Shown here: positions 1-9,209 of the stretch, in pieces
Layout: every line of letters begins with the position of its first letter
How positions within the stretch are numbered: position 1 is the first letter of the stretch
Assembly: GCA_964514555.1 (NCBI GenBank)
Contig: CAZERM010000004.1
Span: forward strand, 1 to 47,901
DNA length: 47,901 nucleotides
DNA from: an uncultured Lachnospiraceae bacterium
GTDB taxonomy: Bacteria > Bacillota > Clostridia > Oscillospirales > CAG-272
Direction: 5' to 3'
The notes under the pieces: generated by a model
What the model saw: the letters and a program-made list of their open reading frames with translations, nothing else
The model's database searches: none
What the model was told of the DNA's origin: nothing
Translations under genes and position numbers: made by a program

Positions 1-15
1 CCAACATTGGGCGCC

Positions 16-54
16 AAAAGAAAAAGACACGCATTTGCGTGTCTTTTTCTTTTT
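16..54. terminator. Long perfect hairpin flanked by A-run and T-run (bidirectional intrinsic terminator)
   Basis: AAAAGAAAAAGACACGCA-TT-TGCGTGTCTTTTTCTTTT forms an 18-bp stem. It probably ends a gene lying outside the window. Confidence 0.5.
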
Positions 55-75
55 CCCTCAAAGCTCGATTTAAGC

Positions 76-342
76 CATCTCCTTGTTGCAGTCATGTGCT
101 TTGCAAAACTGAACTAAGCTCAGTTGGTTAGTTTGCGAGCGAAAACAACTGAGTGTTGTTTTCACGAAGCAAAAGCTTAGCGGCCGGATCTTTCAAGCGA
201 GGTATATCGAGGGCAGAATAGATCCGCAGACCGCAAGCGTGTCGTTTTTGATGAAGCCATAAGTTTTGATACGATAAAGCAGTCTGAATTTTGCCAAGGC
301 AGAGATAATCTCTTGTTGGTTTTGCTGACTTTTAATTGGCAG
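76..342 (+). repeat. Copy 1 (degenerate) of the dispersed intergenic TIR repeat family
   Basis: No ORF. Several blocks align by eye with copy A (25230-25626): GCTTTGCAAAAC..TAAGCTCAGTTGGTTAG vs GCTCGCAAAAGG..TTAGCTCGTAGTTTAG; AGCCATAAGTT..TCTGA..GCCAAGGCAGAGATA vs AGCCATAAGTT..TCAGA..GGCATCGGCGAGATT; right end GGTTTTGCTGACTTTTAATTGGCAG vs GGCTTTTGCAAGCTTTTCTTGCAG. GAAAACAACTGAGTGTTGT matches the reverse complement of copy C (GAAACAACAAAGTGTTTGT). Confidence 0.45.
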
Positions 343-360
343 TATTTTTTTTGTATATTA

Positions 361-389
361 TTGACAAATAGATAAAAGCAGTATATTAT
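361..389 (+). promoter_or_regulatory. Sigma-A-type promoter for the VanZ-like gene
   Basis: TTGACA, 17-bp spacer, TATTAT. It lies about 150 nt upstream of the ATG at 541. Confidence 0.45.
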
Positions 390-540
390 GACTATAAGCT
401 TAGTAAGCTATAAAAAATGAAAGGATTGGATTTTCGATAATGTTGTTTATGAAACAACAGTGTTATCGGAAAAATATCCCGAATCTGTTGCTGATGGATT
501 AGTTAGATTGACTTGAAAATAAAAATATAGAGGTATCACT

Positions 541-1206
541 ATGTTGAAAAAAATATTGTCATTGGCGGCAATCGCATTTGTTGTTTTTGCGGTGATCGGG
601 GCGATGATGACTTTCGCAGGAGCGGTCATGCATAGATCGGTGTTTTTATTTTGCTTATTTATGGCGGTCGTTTTGTCGCTTGTTGCTATGGTCATTGATC
701 TTAAAAAAGTAAACGATGCTATCGCAAAGAAAAAGATTTTAAATTATTGGCTGAAATTTTTATTTGCGGTATATTGCGTTTTTCTTGTGTTGATATTATT
801 TTTTTACGGAGACTACCGAAACACATTCAATAAAATGAATGTAACTTTATTTTCAAAAGAACATTTTGAAATGTGTAATTTTGTTCCGTTTGCAACTGTT
901 ATCAAATATATAGAAAAATATCTTGAAGGAAGACTTGCGTTGAGTACGGCGGTAGAAAATATTGCTGTTAATATTGTTTTATTTATGCCGATGGGATTTT
1001 TCTTTGCGACTATCTTAAAAAAGATAAATAATTTCGGAAAATTTTTCGGCTGTATACTCGCTATGATAGTTTTTGCGGAAGTTGTGCAGCTTGTTACGAT
1101 GTGCGGCGTTTTTGATGTTGATGATATAATATTAAATTTGTTTGGCGCTGTTATAGCGTATCTCATATCAAAGACAAACACTGTAAAAATGTATTGGATA
1201 AGATAG
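541..1206 (+). CDS. VanZ-like integral membrane protein
   Basis: ATG preceded by an AGAGG RBS. 221 aa with several hydrophobic helices. The C-terminal half has a VanZ-like pattern (NIVLFMPMGFF ... DDIILNLFGAVIAY). Confidence 0.7.
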   Translation: MLKKILSLAAIAFVVFAVIGAMMTFAGAVMHRSVFLFCLFMAVVLSLVAMVIDLKKVNDAIAKKKILNYWLKFLFAVYCVFLVLILFFYGDYRNTFNKMNVTLFSKEHFEMCNFVPFATVIKYIEKYLEGRLALSTAVENIAVNIVLFMPMGFFFATILKKINNFGKFFGCILAMIVFAEVVQLVTMCGVFDVDDIILNLFGAVIAYLISKTNTVKMYWIR

Positions 1207-1224
1207 CAAGAATAAAAAATTAAA

Positions 1225-1262
1225 TAAAAACACGCACTCTTTTGAGTGCGTGTTCTGTTTTG
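1225..1262. terminator. Bidirectional intrinsic terminator between the VanZ-like gene and def
   Basis: ACACGCACTC-TTTT-GAGTGCGTGT forms a 10-bp stem, with an A-run upstream and a T-rich tract downstream. The flanking genes are convergent. Confidence 0.6.
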
Positions 1263-1267
1263 CGCCG

Positions 1268-1678
1268 TCATATTATCTTGCCGCTGAAATGGTTTATCTC
1301 ATGCTGGATTATCTGCGCGGAAAATCCCGAAAAAGTTTTGATCTTCGGCTTTCCGTCGCGCGTTTGCCATTCCACTTTTATAGTTTTAAAACGCTTCGTT
1401 TTTCTTACGCCATCGAGTGAGAGGCAACCTTCTTCTGTCTCATATTCGCCCGATGCTTTTATTATTTTGGGGTTGAACATCTCCGTATAAGTGCCGTTAT
1501 CGTCAAAAACAAGTATACACTTTTTCGCGCCGATCATATTCGCCGCAAGACCCACACAGCGTTCGCTGTTCGCTTTGAGCGTGTCTAAAAGATCATCCGC
1601 TATGACGGAATCCGACGTTTGCGCCGCAACGGACGGCTGAGAGAGGAAAAACATATCTCTTACAATTTCTTTTACCAT
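1268..1678 (-). CDS. def: Peptide deformylase-like protein (short, divergent motifs)
   Basis: Motifs GLAANMIG, EGCLS and QHEINH correspond to PDF motifs 1-3. I moved the start to Met34 of the 169-aa track ORF (ATG at 1678), which has an AAGGA RBS. Confidence 0.8.
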   Translation of the reverse strand: MVKEIVRDMFFLSQPSVAAQTSDSVIADDLLDTLKANSERCVGLAANMIGAKKCILVFDDNGTYTEMFNPKIIKASGEYETEEGCLSLDGVRKTKRFKTIKVEWQTRDGKPKIKTFSGFSAQIIQHEINHFSGKII

Positions 1679-1799
1679 AAAATTATTCCTTGTTTGCTTA
1701 TTTTTTAAAATTATATCATGTCCGAAAATATATTTCAACATCTTTGTGGAAAAACCGGGCATTATGTTAGGGTGCAAAGCGGCTTTTTACAATTTTGTC

Positions 1800-1828
1800 T
1801 TGAATTTTACCATATTATGATGTATACT
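1800..1828 (+). promoter_or_regulatory. Sigma-A-type promoter upstream of plsX
   Basis: TTGAAT, 17-bp spacer, TATACT. Confidence 0.4.
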
Positions 1829-1859
1829 ATATAAGTATAAATATAATTAGGAGTGCTGT

Positions 1860-2879
1860 ATGAAGATAATACTTGATGTTATGGGCGCAGATAACGCCCC
1901 AAAAGAGCTTATTCACGGCGCCATACTTGCCAAAAAAGAATGCAGCTCTTGTGATATAACTCTTGTCGGCAACGAAAAAATGATACGCGAAGCCCTTGAA
2001 GATGAAGGCGCAGGCAACGATTTTTCCGTTGTTCCTTGCGATGATTTTGTTACTATGAATGATGACCCGATGAGCATAAGAACTACTCATGCGGAATCGT
2101 CTATGGTACGCTCGTTAAAGATGCTCGCAAGCGGAGAAGGCGATGCTGTCATCTCCTGCGGAAATACGGGCGCACTTTTTACCGGTGCCACACTTTTTGT
2201 TCGCCGTATACGCGGCATAAGACGCGCGGCGCTTGCCTCGATACTCCCCTTCGGAAACGGCACTCTTTTGATAGACAGTGGTGCTAATGTTACCGTAACG
2301 GCAGACCAGCTCGTGCAGTTTGCATACCTCGGTTCTGTCTACATGGAAAAGGTGATGGGCGTTAAAGAACCCAGGGTCGGCTTGCTCAACAACGGCTCCG
2401 AGGAGCACAAGGGAACGCCTGTTGTAGCGGAAGCGCATAAAATGCTCTCGGAAGCGAAAAATATCAATTTTATCGGCAATATCGAGGGAAAAGATATTCC
2501 TTTTGATTTGTGCGATATCATTGTTTGCGACGGTTTCACGGGAAATATCGCCCTCAAAACGACGGAGGGCGTCGCAAAATTTGCGATGAAAGAGATAAAA
2601 AAAGTCTTTGCGGACGGTATCGTTGCAAAGATCGCGGGTCTTCTTATAAAGAAGAAATTATATAAGATGAAGAAGTATTTCGACCATACGGAATACGGCG
2701 GCGCGCCCTTTTTGGGTATATCCAAGCCTGTTATAAAATCTCACGGAGGCTCCAGCGCGAACGCTATCAAGCACGCGATAATCCAAGCGGAAAATTATGC
2801 CTCCTGCGGCGCTATCGAGCAGATAGCGCAGATAGCTGCAGAAATGAAGCTTGGCAAAGAAAATGATAACCAAGAATAA
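1860..2879 (+). CDS. plsX: Phosphate acyltransferase PlsX
   Basis: 339 aa with an AGGAG RBS. The pattern IILDVMGADNAP ... CGNTGAL ... DGFTGN is typical of PlsX. It sits upstream of rnc, as in Firmicutes. Confidence 0.9.
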   Translation: MKIILDVMGADNAPKELIHGAILAKKECSSCDITLVGNEKMIREALEDEGAGNDFSVVPCDDFVTMNDDPMSIRTTHAESSMVRSLKMLASGEGDAVISCGNTGALFTGATLFVRRIRGIRRAALASILPFGNGTLLIDSGANVTVTADQLVQFAYLGSVYMEKVMGVKEPRVGLLNNGSEEHKGTPVVAEAHKMLSEAKNINFIGNIEGKDIPFDLCDIIVCDGFTGNIALKTTEGVAKFAMKEIKKVFADGIVAKIAGLLIKKKLYKMKKYFDHTEYGGAPFLGISKPVIKSHGGSSANAIKHAIIQAENYASCGAIEQIAQIAAEMKLGKENDNQE

Positions 2880-2907
2880 AAAATATCAAAAAAGAAAGGA
2901 GTTCATC

Positions 2908-3627
2908 ATGTCGGAAAAACACACGCGCACCCCCTTTGCTCCGAAAGAACTCGAAGAAAAAATAAAATATACATTTACCGACAAAAAGCTCCTGTTCAAC
3001 GCTCTTTGCCATTCTTCTTTTTCAAACGAGAGAAAGCACGACAATATCGCTTCCAATGAAAGATTGGAATTTTTGGGAGATTCCGTTTTGTCTATGATAA
3101 CGAGCGAATATCTCTATCGCGAATTGCCCGATCGCCCCGAAGGCGAACTTTCCAATATTCGCCGCGAGATAGTTGACAGCGAGGCTCTCGCCGCTTTTGC
3201 GCGCGAGCTTGACCTCGGAACATATATGTTCTTCGGCAACGGCGAAGAAAGAAACGGCGGCAGAGACAGAAGATCCAACCTCGAAGATGCTTTTGAAGCG
3301 CTTGTTGCGGCGATATACCTTGACGGCGGACTTGAAAGTGCGAGAAGATTTTTGCATCCTCGCATAGCGGCAAAGGTGAAGAATATCTTTGCAACGCACA
3401 AATTCAACGACCCCAAATCGCTCTTGCAGGAGATCGTTCAGCAGAGCGGCGAAATAGTTAAATATGAAAAAATAAGCGAAAGCGGACCCGACCACGATAA
3501 GCGCTTTACCTGTGTTGTTATGGTAAACAGCAATGTACTCGGCACGGGCGAGGGCAGACGTATTCAGGAAGCCGAAATGAACGCCGCACGAGATGCGCTC
3601 AAGCTTTTCGGCGAGAAGGGTAATTGA
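2908..3627 (+). CDS. rnc: Ribonuclease III
   Basis: ERLEFLGDSVL RNase III signature plus a C-terminal dsRNA-binding domain. Start placed at Met20 of the track ORF, which has an AAAGGAG RBS. Confidence 0.9.
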   Translation: MSEKHTRTPFAPKELEEKIKYTFTDKKLLFNALCHSSFSNERKHDNIASNERLEFLGDSVLSMITSEYLYRELPDRPEGELSNIRREIVDSEALAAFARELDLGTYMFFGNGEERNGGRDRRSNLEDAFEALVAAIYLDGGLESARRFLHPRIAAKVKNIFATHKFNDPKSLLQEIVQQSGEIVKYEKISESGPDHDKRFTCVVMVNSNVLGTGEGRRIQEAEMNAARDALKLFGEKGN

Positions 3628-4661
3628 TGAAGAAGCACAGAAATATACCTATATTCGTTCCGCATCTCGGTTGTCCTAATACCTGCGTTTTTTGCAACCA
3701 GAGAAAGATATCGGGTCATGAAAAATCGGATTTTTCCTCAGTTGAACGCGAGATAGAGGAGGCACTTGCCACCATTCCGAGCGGAACTGACGTGCAGATA
3801 GCTTTCTTCGGCGGCAGTTTTACGGGTATCGACAGAGAAGACATGATATATCTTCTTGCGACGGCGAAAAAGTTTATAGATGAGGGTAGAGTTGAGAGCA
3901 TACGCCTTTCTACGCGTCCCGATTATATAGATGAAGAAATACTCGATATACTTGCCGCATATGGTGTAAAAAGCATAGAGCTTGGCATACAGAGCATGGA
4001 CGATGCCGTACTTTTGAAAAGCGGTCGCGGCCACACTGCATCGCAGACGGAAAAAGCCTGTGCGCTTATAAAAGAGCGGGGATTTGAGCTTATCGGTCAG
4101 ATGATGACGGGGCTTCCCGGATCGGACGCGGAAAAAGACGAATACACCGCCAAAAGGATATGCGAAATGGGTGCGGTAGGCGCACGCATCTATCCCACAG
4201 TCGTATTTAAGGATACCGAGCTTCACAAGATGATGGAGCGCGGCGAATACGAGAGCCGCGAAATGAGAGATGTCATCTCCCAAGGCGCGAGAGTCCTTTC
4301 CGTATTTATCAAAAACGGCGTAAATGTTATCAGGATAGGACTGCAATCCAGCGAGCTTCTGACAGGCGGCACGGAGATAGCAAGCCCTTACCACGAGGCA
4401 ACTGGCGAGTTTATTTGGTCGCGGTGTTTCCGAGATATGGCGGAGGCGGAACTTTGCGGAAAAGAGACCGCAGGCAAACGTGCTTTCATAACCGTTCCCA
4501 AGGGCGCCGTTTCAAAGATGGTGGGGCAGAAGAAAGAAAACGAGATATATTTAAAAGAGAGATTTTCTCTTTTTGACATAAAAGTGCTTGAGAGCGACGA
4601 GCTTGAAAGCGTTTCGGTAAAAATATCTTTGGAAGAAAGGAAGAACAGAGTATGCGATTGA
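3627..4661 (+). CDS. Radical SAM protein (ELP3-like family commonly found between rnc and smc)
   Basis: CPNTCVFC (CxxxCxxC) motif near the N-terminus. ATG at 3627 overlaps the rnc stop codon; the track start at 3624 is a TTG. Confidence 0.8.
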   Translation: MKKHRNIPIFVPHLGCPNTCVFCNQRKISGHEKSDFSSVEREIEEALATIPSGTDVQIAFFGGSFTGIDREDMIYLLATAKKFIDEGRVESIRLSTRPDYIDEEILDILAAYGVKSIELGIQSMDDAVLLKSGRGHTASQTEKACALIKERGFELIGQMMTGLPGSDAEKDEYTAKRICEMGAVGARIYPTVVFKDTELHKMMERGEYESREMRDVISQGARVLSVFIKNGVNVIRIGLQSSELLTGGTEIASPYHEATGEFIWSRCFRDMAEAELCGKETAGKRAFITVPKGAVSKMVGQKKENEIYLKERFSLFDIKVLESDELESVSVKISLEERKNRVCD

Positions 4662-7600
4662 AATCCTTGGAGCTGCAAGGCTTTAAATCCTTCCCCGATA
4701 AGACGGTAATCAATTTCAATCGCGGTGTTACTGTCGTTGTCGGACCCAACGGAAGCGGAAAATCAAATATTTCCGATGCCATGCGTTGGGTATTGGGCGA
4801 AATGTCTTCTAAAAATATCCGCGGTTCAAAGATGGAGGACGTTATTTTTGCAGGTTCGCAAAAACGAAGCCCCATGGCATATGCGGAAGTTACCGTAATA
4901 TTCGACAACAGTGAGGAAGCAGGCAAGAACCGAACACTTCCCGAATATGACGAGATATCCGTAACGAGAAGATATTATCGCGTAGGCGAAAGCGAATATT
5001 TTATAAATCGCAAAAATGCAAGACTCAAGGATATAGTAGAGCTTTTCCTCAACACGGGTCTTGGCAAAAACGGCTATTCCATCATCGGTCAGGGCAAGAT
5101 AGCGGAGATAATCTCCCAAAAAAGCGATGACCGCCGCGCTGTTTTTGAAGAAGTTGCGGGCATTGCAAAATATCGCTATCAGAAAGCGGAAGCGGAAAAG
5201 AAGCTTGCTCAAACGGACGATAACCTTGTTCGTTTGACTGATATCGCAACGGAGCTTGAATCCCGAGTGGGACCGCTCGAAAAAGACGCTAAAAAAGCCG
5301 AAAAATACCTTGAGATATACGAAAAAAAGAAAGAGGCTGATATTGCGCTCTCTCTTTACGACATCAACTCGGCAGGAGCCGAAGAAAAGGAATATGCCGA
5401 AAAATTGCTCGTTGCAAAGCGTGAACTTACCGCTTTGGATGAAGCGATCGCAGGCATGGAGAGTGAGGACGAGCGCCTTTACGATAAGATACAGCAATCA
5501 AAGATAGCTTATGAACGCGCCAACGCGAGCATCACTGAAGTAACGGCGAAGCTCCACGAGGCTAAATCGGGAATACTCGTAAAAGAGAACGATATTTCCC
5601 ATTATAACGGCGTTTTGGAGAGCGCTCGCACAAAATTATCCGCAACGGAACACAGCATAAACGATGCGGCAAAAGAACGCGAAGCTCGCTTTAATGATTA
5701 TTATAAAGCGGTATCTCGCAAAGAGCTTATGGAAGCATCACTTTGCGAAGCGGACGATGAGATAGCGGATATAACCTCATCGCTCGAGGGCATAGAAGCC
5801 GAAAGCAAAGAGATCGCAAAGGATATAGAGCTTATAAATTCGCAGACGGTAGATGCGAGAGTTGCCTCCTCCGTTGCGGCGACCCAAAGGGAAGCCAACG
5901 CGCAAAAGAGCGCGGAACTTGCGGAGAATATCGCTCAATATGAATCCGAGATAAAGATGATATCCGAAAGGATAGAAAAGGCGAGAGAAAAGATAGACAG
6001 ATATTCCAATAAAGAAGAGGAATATAAAAAAGAGATAGCAAAATTCGATGCCGAAAGAGCAAAGAATGAGAGCGAAATATCTCTCCTTGCCGAAAACAAG
6101 AGCAAGATATTTATTGAAATATCGCAAACAAAGGTAAAAATACAAAACCTTATAAATATGGAGGAGCTTTTTGAGGGCTACTCTCGCGCCGTAAAATTTG
6201 TTATGAGCGCGCATAAAGCAGGAAAGATATCGACCGCAAACGGCGCAAAGCCGCAGATATACGGTCCCGTATCCTTGCTTTTTGAGGTGGATCCGAAATA
6301 TTCGCTCGCCGTTGAAACGGCGCTCGGCGGCGGGCTCCAAAACATCGTAACGGAGGACGAATCTTCCGCAAAAGCGGCTATTGCTTACTTGAAGAGCCAG
6401 AACGCAGGCAGAGCGACATTTTGCCCCGTAACAACAGTATCGGGCACGGAGATAGACGAAGACAAACTTTCGCTTTCCGCGAAAAAAGGCTTTATAGCCG
6501 TTGCTTCAAAACTTGTCCGCGCAGATGAGCATTTCGGCGGCATCGTCCGCAATATGCTTGGCAGGATAATCGTGGCGGATGACCTTGACAACGCCGCAAA
6601 GATAGCAAAAGCGCTCGATTTCAGATACAGGATCGTAACGCTTGACGGTCAGGTCGTAAACGCAGGCGGTTCTTTCACGGGCGGTTCATCGCAAAACAAC
6701 AGCGGTATGCTCTCTCGCAAGGCGCAGATCGATAAGATGAGCGCGGATGTCGCTTCGCAAGAAAAGAAGCTTGCCGAGATAACGGAAAAGATAAATAAAG
6801 ATTCTCTTGCCGTTGCTGATATCAAAAAGCGCAAAGATTCCGTTTTGTCAACGCTCAACGTGCTTCGCACGATGAAAGATGCGGAAAGCACACAGTTGCA
6901 GGTGCTCATATCCACAAACGGAAATATTCAAAAGAACATCGACGAGATGAAAGAAGAATATGAAGCCGTCAAGGGCAGAAGCGCCAAAAATTCGGAAAGC
7001 ATAATGCAACTTTCCGAAAAAGAAAAGCAATTCGGCGAACAGACGGAAAAGCTCAATCTTCGTGCGGAAAACCTCGCAAAAGAAAAAGGCTCGCTTTTGG
7101 CTCGCAGTGAAACGCTCAAGACTATTCGCAGTGAACGCGCAATAGACCTTGCAAGGGAAGAAAAGAACCTTGAACTTTTGCTTTCCGTGGCAAACGCGGC
7201 AAAGGGCAAAGAGGAAGAGTACATCGCGCAACGCGAAGAGCTCAATTCCGATATCATTTCCGCGAAGGAGCAGATAGACCTTGCAAGCGCAGAGATAGCG
7301 AAGTACAAGGAGACCATAGATTCTTCCGCAGCCGATGTCGGCGCACTCGAAAAGAAACGAGAGGAATGTTCTCGTTTGACAATGGAACTTGAGCGCGCAC
7401 AGACGGAGAACCGTGCAAAGCAGAAGGAATCCACATATAAGCGCGAAAGCGTTTTCTATGAATATACAAAAGTGGAAGCCGTATATAAAAACACGGCGGA
7501 CAAGAAAGATAAGCTCATAGCATTCCTTTGGGATGAATACGAGCTTTCGTATAGTGCCGCAACGGAGCTTCCCATAGAAAAGGTTACGCAGGAGAACCGC

Positions 7601-8275
7601 ACCTCCGTTGCCGCAGTGCAGACGAAGTGCCGTGAGCAGATAAGATCTCTCGGTCATGTCAATGTCGGTGCGATAGAGGAATATAAGGAAGTAAGCGAAC
7701 GCTACGAGTTCCTTAAGTCGCAGATAAACGACCTCAAGGTCTCCAAAGACGACCTTGCAAAGATAATCTTTACGCTCGAGGAGCAGATGCGCCGCGATTT
7801 CTCGGAAACTATACAGCTTGTAAACGCAAACTTCGGCGAAGTTTTTGCGGAGCTTTTCGGTGGAGGACACGCGGAGATAACGCTCACGGATCCCGATCAT
7901 GTGCTTGAATCGGGCATAGAGATAAAAGCGGCTCCCCCCGGAAAAGTAATAAAGAGCCTTTCGCTCCTTTCCGGCGGCGAGCAATCGTTCATAGCCATCG
8001 CACTTTACTTCGCGATAATGAAAGTAAGCCCCGCACCGTTCTGCATCATGGATGAGATAGAGGCGGCTCTCGACGAAGTAAACGTAGATAAATTTGCGGA
8101 ATATGTTAAAAAATATTCCGACAAGACACAGTTTGTTATAATCACGCATCGCCGCGGCACGATGGAGATCGCGGACACGCTCTACGGCGTAACGATGCAC
8201 GAAAAAGGAATCTCGCAGGTGCTTTCCGTCGATGTTGCGGAGATAGAAAAGAAAACAGGCGTGGTTCTGAATTGA
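4652..8275 (+). CDS. smc: Chromosome segregation protein SMC
   Basis: 1207 aa with Walker A GPNGSGKS, long coiled-coil arms, a hinge, and C-terminal LSGGE plus Walker B (FCIMDEIEAALD). Confidence 0.95.
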   Translation: MRLKSLELQGFKSFPDKTVINFNRGVTVVVGPNGSGKSNISDAMRWVLGEMSSKNIRGSKMEDVIFAGSQKRSPMAYAEVTVIFDNSEEAGKNRTLPEYDEISVTRRYYRVGESEYFINRKNARLKDIVELFLNTGLGKNGYSIIGQGKIAEIISQKSDDRRAVFEEVAGIAKYRYQKAEAEKKLAQTDDNLVRLTDIATELESRVGPLEKDAKKAEKYLEIYEKKKEADIALSLYDINSAGAEEKEYAEKLLVAKRELTALDEAIAGMESEDERLYDKIQQSKIAYERANASITEVTAKLHEAKSGILVKENDISHYNGVLESARTKLSATEHSINDAAKEREARFNDYYKAVSRKELMEASLCEADDEIADITSSLEGIEAESKEIAKDIELINSQTVDARVASSVAATQREANAQKSAELAENIAQYESEIKMISERIEKAREKIDRYSNKEEEYKKEIAKFDAERAKNESEISLLAENKSKIFIEISQTKVKIQNLINMEELFEGYSRAVKFVMSAHKAGKISTANGAKPQIYGPVSLLFEVDPKYSLAVETALGGGLQNIVTEDESSAKAAIAYLKSQNAGRATFCPVTTVSGTEIDEDKLSLSAKKGFIAVASKLVRADEHFGGIVRNMLGRIIVADDLDNAAKIAKALDFRYRIVTLDGQVVNAGGSFTGGSSQNNSGMLSRKAQIDKMSADVASQEKKLAEITEKINKDSLAVADIKKRKDSVLSTLNVLRTMKDAESTQLQVLISTNGNIQKNIDEMKEEYEAVKGRSAKNSESIMQLSEKEKQFGEQTEKLNLRAENLAKEKGSLLARSETLKTIRSERAIDLAREEKNLELLLSVANAAKGKEEEYIAQREELNSDIISAKEQIDLASAEIAKYKETIDSSAADVGALEKKREECSRLTMELERAQTENRAKQKESTYKRESVFYEYTKVEAVYKNTADKKDKLIAFLWDEYELSYSAATELPIEKVTQENRTSVAAVQTKCREQIRSLGHVNVGAIEEYKEVSERYEFLKSQINDLKVSKDDLAKIIFTLEEQMRRDFSETIQLVNANFGEVFAELFGGGHAEITLTDPDHVLESGIEIKAAPPGKVIKSLSLLSGGEQSFIAIALYFAIMKVSPAPFCIMDEIEAALDEVNVDKFAEYVKKYSDKTQFVIITHRRGTMEIADTLYGVTMHEKGISQVLSVDVAEIEKKTGVVLN

Positions 8276-8289
8276 AAGGTTGAGGTATC

Positions 8290-9198
8290 ATGGGATTTTT
8301 TGAAAAATTAAAAGCAGGTCTTACCAAAACAAAAGACGCATTCGTTGGCAAGATAAACAACCTTTTCCGTTCATTTACTAAGGTAGACGAGGAAATGATG
8401 GAGGAGCTTGAAGAGATACTTATCACGGCGGATATCGGTGTAGAGGTTACGGAGCTTATCCTCGATGAATTGCGCGAGCGCATCAAAGACGAGCATATCA
8501 CCGAACCCGAAGAATCCAGAAAAGTTCTTTTCGAGATATTGGAAAATATGATCGGCGAGGGCGAACCCATCGCCGAAAGCAAGGGCGAGATGACGGTCAT
8601 TCTCGTTATCGGCGTAAACGGCGTTGGCAAGACAACTTCCATTGCGAAGATCGCAAACGTAATGAAGAAAAAGCACAAAAAAGTAGTTCTTGCGGCAGCG
8701 GATACTTTCCGCGCGGCTGCCATAGATCAGCTTGAAGTTTGGGCAGACAGAGTAGGTGTTGAACTTATCAGCCAGGCGGAAGGTTCCGACCCTGCGGCAG
8801 TAGTTTTCGATGCTTGCGCGGCTGCAAAAAAGAGAGATGCCGACGTGCTCATCATCGATACGGCAGGCAGACTCCACAATAAAAAGAACCTTATGGCAGA
8901 GCTTGCAAAGATCAACCGCGTTATAGACAGAGAACTTCCCGATTCTATCCGCGAAACACTCCTTGTGCTTGACGCTACAACAGGTCAGAATGCTCTCATT
9001 CAGGCAAAAGAATTTAAAAATGCGGCAGAGATCACGGGTCTTGTACTCACGAAGCTCGACGGCACGGCAAAGGGCGGCATCGTATTTGCCATCAAGCATG
9101 AGCTTGGCATACCCGTTAAATTTATCGGTGTAGGCGAAAAAGTAGATGACCTTCAGGAATTTAAATCAGACGAATTTGTTTCGGCGCTTTTCGAATAA
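8290..9198 (+). CDS. ftsY: Signal recognition particle receptor FtsY
   Basis: SRP-GTPase motifs GVNGVGKTT, DTAGR and TKLDG. It follows smc, as in Firmicutes. Confidence 0.95.
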   Translation: MGFFEKLKAGLTKTKDAFVGKINNLFRSFTKVDEEMMEELEEILITADIGVEVTELILDELRERIKDEHITEPEESRKVLFEILENMIGEGEPIAESKGEMTVILVIGVNGVGKTTSIAKIANVMKKKHKKVVLAAADTFRAAAIDQLEVWADRVGVELISQAEGSDPAAVVFDACAAAKKRDADVLIIDTAGRLHNKKNLMAELAKINRVIDRELPDSIRETLLVLDATTGQNALIQAKEFKNAAEITGLVLTKLDGTAKGGIVFAIKHELGIPVKFIGVGEKVDDLQEFKSDEFVSALFE

Positions 9199-9209
9199 GG
9201 GAGGCTCTT

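Noticed and set aside
1679-1777. N-terminal extensions in the ORF track: def 1679-1777, rnc 2851-2907, der 17925-17969, DUF3810 26515-26523, 27587-27643, 32162-32281, murA 33315-33356, phoH 43718-43777, yqfC 45209-45331, 46461-46499.
   Set aside because: In each case an internal ATG is preceded at 6-10 nt by a good purine-rich RBS and gives the family-typical N-terminus. The extensions overlap upstream genes or terminators.
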